DNA of 64,000 nucleotides from the NCBI RefSeq assembly GCF_009914755.1, contig NC_060939.1. One strand, written 5' to 3'. Below, in pieces: positions 58,041 to 64,000 of the stretch. Within the stretch, counting starts at the first letter, position 1, and every line of letters starts with the position of its first letter. Source of the stretch: the human T2T-CHM13v2.0 reference genome, Homo sapiens. Position numbers and translations under genes: made by a program. The notes below the pieces were generated by a model that worked only from the letters and a program-made list of their open reading frames with translations, did no database searches and was not told the origin of the DNA.

Positions 58041-58728
58041 GTTTTGGATACTTTTTTCAGTTGATTCTCTTATATTTTTAAATTATACAGTGATGTCATT
58101 GGCATATGGTACAAATGTAGTCTTGATCTGTCCAGTGTTTACAGTCCCTTCTTCTTTGGTCTAATTGTGTTAGGTAGTTTTTCTAGAAAAATATTAAACA
58201 AAAAATGGCTATATAAGCATCCTTGTGTTATTTCTATTTTTAAGGGTATGTTTATATGGAGATCACATACACACTCCACACACTTTCTCACATTAGGTGA
58301 GTTTAGGGGACATAACGTTGTTTCTATCTGCGATGTGTTTCTTTAGGGAACCATCTACTGCTCATTCCAGGTGGTTTGAGTGGGAATGATACTCAGCCTC
58401 CTAAAGTGGTATTTGACTCAGGCTTTGCCAGTCAGAAGACTTAATTATCTTTAGCAGAATTGGTTCAGCCATGTACATGTGTTTCAAGCTAAGCCAATTA
58501 GAATCCACTTTGGAACTTTACTGCTGAAACTGTGAAGAATGACATTCTTTTTTTTTTTTGGTACTCATAAGCTTTGAGCTTGAATTAAAGCAGAGCTTCT
58601 TACAGCCATCTTTCTTAGCTACAAGGACAAAGCCATCTGCAGCTGGGCCAACATTAAAGGAGAAACAGAGACCAGTTGTAGCAAACTAGTCACAACTGAA
58701 CTATTGAAAATCTGATTTCCAGTCAAGT

Positions 58729-59011
58729 CTTTTTTTTTTTTAGGCAGAGTTGCTCTGTCGCCCAGGCTGGAGTGCAGTGGCGAGATCTTGGCTCACTGCA
58801 ACCTCTGCCTCCTGGCTTCAAGCGATTCTCATGCCCCAGCCTCCTGAGTAGCTGAGGTGTGTGCCACCATGCCCGGCTAATTTTTGTATTTTTAGCAGAG
58901 ACGGGGTTTCACCATGTTGGCCAGGCTGGTCTCGAACTCCTGGCCTCAAGTGATCCACCCACCTCACCCCGCAAAGTGTTGGGATTACAGACATGAGCCA
59001 CTGCGCCTGGT
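58729..59011 (-). mobile_element. AluS-like SINE inside an old MaLR/ERVL LTR (~58330-59120)
   Basis: TSD TCCAGTCA(A/G)GTCT. Confidence 0.9.
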
Positions 59012-59387
59012 CTCCAGTCAGGTCTAAAGCAAAGATATACCTGGGCTTTTCAAATGTGTGAGTTGATACATACTTTTTATTTTTTTCCTTAAAATAGTTT
59101 GAGTTTTTTTTTTTCTTACAATGAAAAATACTGAGCAATCTAGAAAATTGATGCATTTCTTTTCTATTAAGGGTTATTTTTGTTTGTTTAAAAAACAAGA
59201 ATACATATGGGAGTTTGTAAAGTGCCTACTGGAATTTTCTTATGCTTTTTCTCCTTTGATCTGTTAATATAATGTGTTACATTAATGGATTACCTAATAT
59301 TGAACTACCGATAGATCTCATTTGGTCATTTTAAATTATTCTTTTAATGAATTGCCAGCATTCATTTGCTGACTAAAAAAAAATTAG

Positions 59388-59698
59388 AGACTGGGTGCAG
59401 TGGTTCATGCCTATAATTCCAGCACTTTGGGAGGCTGAGGCAGCAGGATCGCTTAAGGCCAGGAGTTCGAGACCAGCCTAGGTGACATAGCAAAACTCTG
59501 TCTCTATAAAAAATAAAACAATTAGCTGGGTGTAGTGGTGCATGCAGGTAGTCCTGGCTAGTTGGGAGGCTGAAGTGGGAGGATCACTTGAGCCCAGAAG
59601 TTTTAGGCTTCAGTGAGCTATGATTGTGCCACTGCACTCTAGCCTGGGTGACAGAGCAAGACCCTATCTCTGAAAAAGAAGAATAATAAAATTAATAA
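59388..59698 (+). mobile_element. AluJ-like SINE
   Basis: GGATCGCTTAAGGCCAGGAGTTCGAG and GAGCTATGATTGTGCC. Confidence 0.92.
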
Positions 59699-62379
59699 AG
59701 ATTTTGGGTCAATATTTATAAGTATACTTCGTCAATGGGGAGAGATCCAAAAACTGATTGACTATGGGCCACATTCAGTCGGCTGACAAATTTTTTGTCC
59801 TATGGGTATTTCAAAATAGGGGCATTAAACAGAAACACCTGGATTTACAGCTTTTCTGGATTAACCATGTTGCTTCACTGAAAAGGCTGTCTGGGATGGA
59901 AAGGTGGTAGTTTCCTTTGTACTGCCGATGCTCTCCAATCTCCAGTATCGCCATTCACAAATGTGCAGTCCTGTGCTTTTAGTTGGTCAGTGTCACCCGT
60001 CTTAGTCACCTTCCTAGACTGTGAGGCCATTTAAATTTGTGACTTCTCTCAGTTTTCTTTTTTCTTCTGTTGTTTTCAGGTATTTGTGGCTGTGGAACAG
60101 TGAAAGTGATGTCAGGATGAAGTGTTCTTTGAAAGATTGGAAGAGTCACTTGTGAAAATATTGATGTGGTGCTTATTAGTAGTAGTATCTCTTTCACTTT
60201 TTAAAAAATAATTTTCCCTCTCCCAGCTTGTCTGAGTCTGTTGGCCCTCCCCGTATGGCTATGGTCTGAGAATAGCTTACAGGCTCCTCTGCCTTCCTGG
60301 ACCCAAGGATACAGTGTGGGAAGGAGGAAATGTCACAGAGTTTTTGCACAGCCTTGACTGAGGACCTGGACTTGACTCTGATCTGAAAGATTGTTTATCG
60401 GGCCATTCCAGGGCTCCCTCCACAAGCAGGAGGGGGTGTATCTTTTTCCTGGGAGATTGCAGTGGGGGACCCCTCTTTAACCTTCGTGTCACTCTTCTAA
60501 CAGCTTTGAGCCCTGGAGTCTGTTCTTACAGCCCTCAGGCCCCTTCCCCATTCCACTGGGTGCCCAACTACTGGTGTGGTAAGTCAGGGCCCTACTGACA
60601 TTGGTTTTTATTGTACATTTTTCCCAGGCCACACGATCACCCACTTAGATCAATGTCACTCCAAACTGGAGGCTGTCAGTGAGTGTTCTCAGGCCTCTCC
60701 TCACCCCACCAACTTCCTCAGCACCTCCATCCATACAGTGTGGAGAGCAGAGGAGTGGGTTGGGATTTATGCTGCATTGCTCCAGCGTCTTTCATCTCTT
60801 CCCCTTGTCATCATTTTTGAAAGTTTGTGGTTTCTGGGGTTAAGGAAGGTTGAGTTTGTGGAAGTCCGTGTAGTGGCAGCAAATTATCATAAATGTTTTT
60901 CACAGTGGAGATGCTCTCTGAATAGATCTAAAATCAGAGAAGGAAAGTTGACTTGTAGAGTGATCTAGAGCAGTAAACTTTAGTTATCCTATAATCACCA
61001 GAAACAATTTGCTTAGATTAAAATTCAGCCTTCTGCACAAAGTGTTTTGTAAAAACAACAACAACAAAAAGATTCAATTGCATTGATTTTATGCTTGCTT
61101 GAGAAAGGACTCATGAGTCTATGAGGGTGGAACACAGATGAAGCAGTCTTAGATATTTCTTAACCCAGACCTTATGCCTCTGTGGCCATTGTAGCCAGAA
61201 AGTGCACTTTGAGGACCACTTTTTCAGGGAGCAGTGACTGAATAAACACGAGCTGTGGTGGCAGGGAATTGTAGACCTCTATTACTTTTGTCTGCTCAGC
61301 TCTTCTCCTTGTTACATAGTAACAGAGCTTGACCTCCTGGCCAAAAGGATGGGCACACAACCCAAGCTAGGGGAATCAAAGTCCTCTTCTAGGATTTTTT
61401 CAAATTGGAGCTGGGAGAGAGCTGCCTGCTTTTCTTAATGTCAGAGTGCTCTGAAGGTGTAAGCCATGGTCCACAGTGAAAGTGAATCTGAAGCGAATGA
61501 AACCAGCATAAGGAACCACAAGAAGAAGAAAGAGCTCAGGGTTCCAGTAATTTCTGAAGCTGGCTCCATCCCTGCTTTTCCCATGACTTGGTTATTGAGT
61601 TGATTAATTCTGCTCTTGACTACGCTCATTTATATTGGGCTTGGAGAGTGTGCAGTGCCTCCTGACTAACGGAAGGCAGAACCACTCCTCAGGGATGCAG
61701 ATGTATGAGACTGGATAACTGTACAACCACATTCATCACCTTGGCCCTGCACTCTGATTCCTAAAGAATCTGAGGCATTGCTTGTCATGGGAGACTGGAG
61801 TGCAGATTCTTTGAATTAGCATTTCAGTGTGACTGTTGTTGCTTTAGTAAGCCTGGTCTCTATTCTTAACTTTCGATATTTGATTTTACAAAAATGGTTA
61901 TTAAAGTAGATGATTGAGAGATTAAGGTATCAGAAGAAAGATGAATCTATTCAGTTTTCCTGTAGAGAAGGCTAATCCTCAAGATGTGTAATGTGGCTGT
62001 GGTGTCAGGCTGCTGTGAGTAGGAAGGGCCCTGAGGAACTAATCCTCATCTCCTCAAAGCCATTGTAAACCCTTCATGGGGCCGAGCCATTCCTGGTCCT
62101 CAGTGTTGGCCAAGGGATCCTTCAAGTTCGCTCAGGCTTGATCCCACTGCCTTTCCCTCCTAGGCATGTGCATCTCTACAAGGGGTTGGATGTAAGGTAT
62201 GAGTGAAAGAAGGGACATGTGGATGGCCCTACCCTAGACCAGTAAAACAGATTCTCTAGGAGGTAGGATGAAGTCCTCATAGGGTTTCCCAGCTCCTCAG
62301 ATGATTCCAGTGGGCAACCAGGGTTGAGAGCCATTGCATTATGCTATGCTACCTGCCTCAATGCTATTTCTAGTTTCTC

Positions 62380-63526
<1,147 letters not shown>

Positions 63527-63582
63527 TAAAAGAGAAAATATGGCTAAGAAAAAGAAAATAAATCTATGGGCAAAGTTAATGC

Positions 63583-63616
63583 ACATATGAGATATAATTC
63601 CGTATATCTCATATGT
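63583..63616. repeat. Perfect 14-bp inverted repeat with 6-nt spacer
   Basis: ACATATGAGATATA-attccg-TATATCTCATATGT. Confidence 0.92.
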
Positions 63617-64000
63617 TTCACTAAAAGGTTTGAATGCAAATTTGGCTTTTGGCTTTTAGCAACAAAGGTAAAAAGGAAGACAGCACTAATTATAGAATCT
63701 AGTGTCCATAAAAAAAAATAAGCCTGCTACACAAGTGAAACGGAGCAATTCCTAATACTAAGATGTAAGACACATCATCAATTTAATCCTCATTAGAGGA
63801 TACAGTGTGAGAAAGTGAATAATATCCTTGAAATAAATACAGTGAATTTCTCAAAGTTCTTTGATCCTTCGAGACTGTGAAGTCAAGATTGTTGTTTGAG
63901 GGAAGTGCTCTATTTGCTTTTAACAGTATTTAAATATTTACATTAAACCTATATCTAGCTGCCAGATAAAACTATTTTTTTCTAAATTCCTCCGATATCC

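Overview
Human (primate) genomic DNA. The only protein-coding gene I can support is the intronless TLNRD1/MESDC1 (talin rod domain containing 1; + strand, ATG 1917 to TAG 3005, 362 aa), which from memory lies at 15q25.1. It sits inside a ~2.9 kb CpG island that also holds the promoter and a long GC-rich leader with 10 upstream ATGs. A repeat-free AT-rich 3' UTR region with tandem poly(A) signals follows to ~5.7 kb. The remaining ~58 kb is non-coding and repeat-rich: 26 Alu-family elements, MIR, L2, a CR1/L3 fossil, MER5/MER2/MADE1 DNA transposon relics, MaLR and other solo LTRs, and a nested L1 stack at 50.6-58 kb. Nearly all other ORFs in the track are GC-shadow or repeat-derived. I found no convincing new multi-gene system. 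The best candidate for undescribed biology is the uORF architecture of the TLNRD1 leader: a two-codon uORF whose stop overlaps the ATGs of an inhibitory ORF spanning the main start, plus a coding-like 26-aa uORF ending on a splice-donor motif. Several retrotransposition and repair fossils are also notable. Repeat family names and boundaries are by-eye and approximate.
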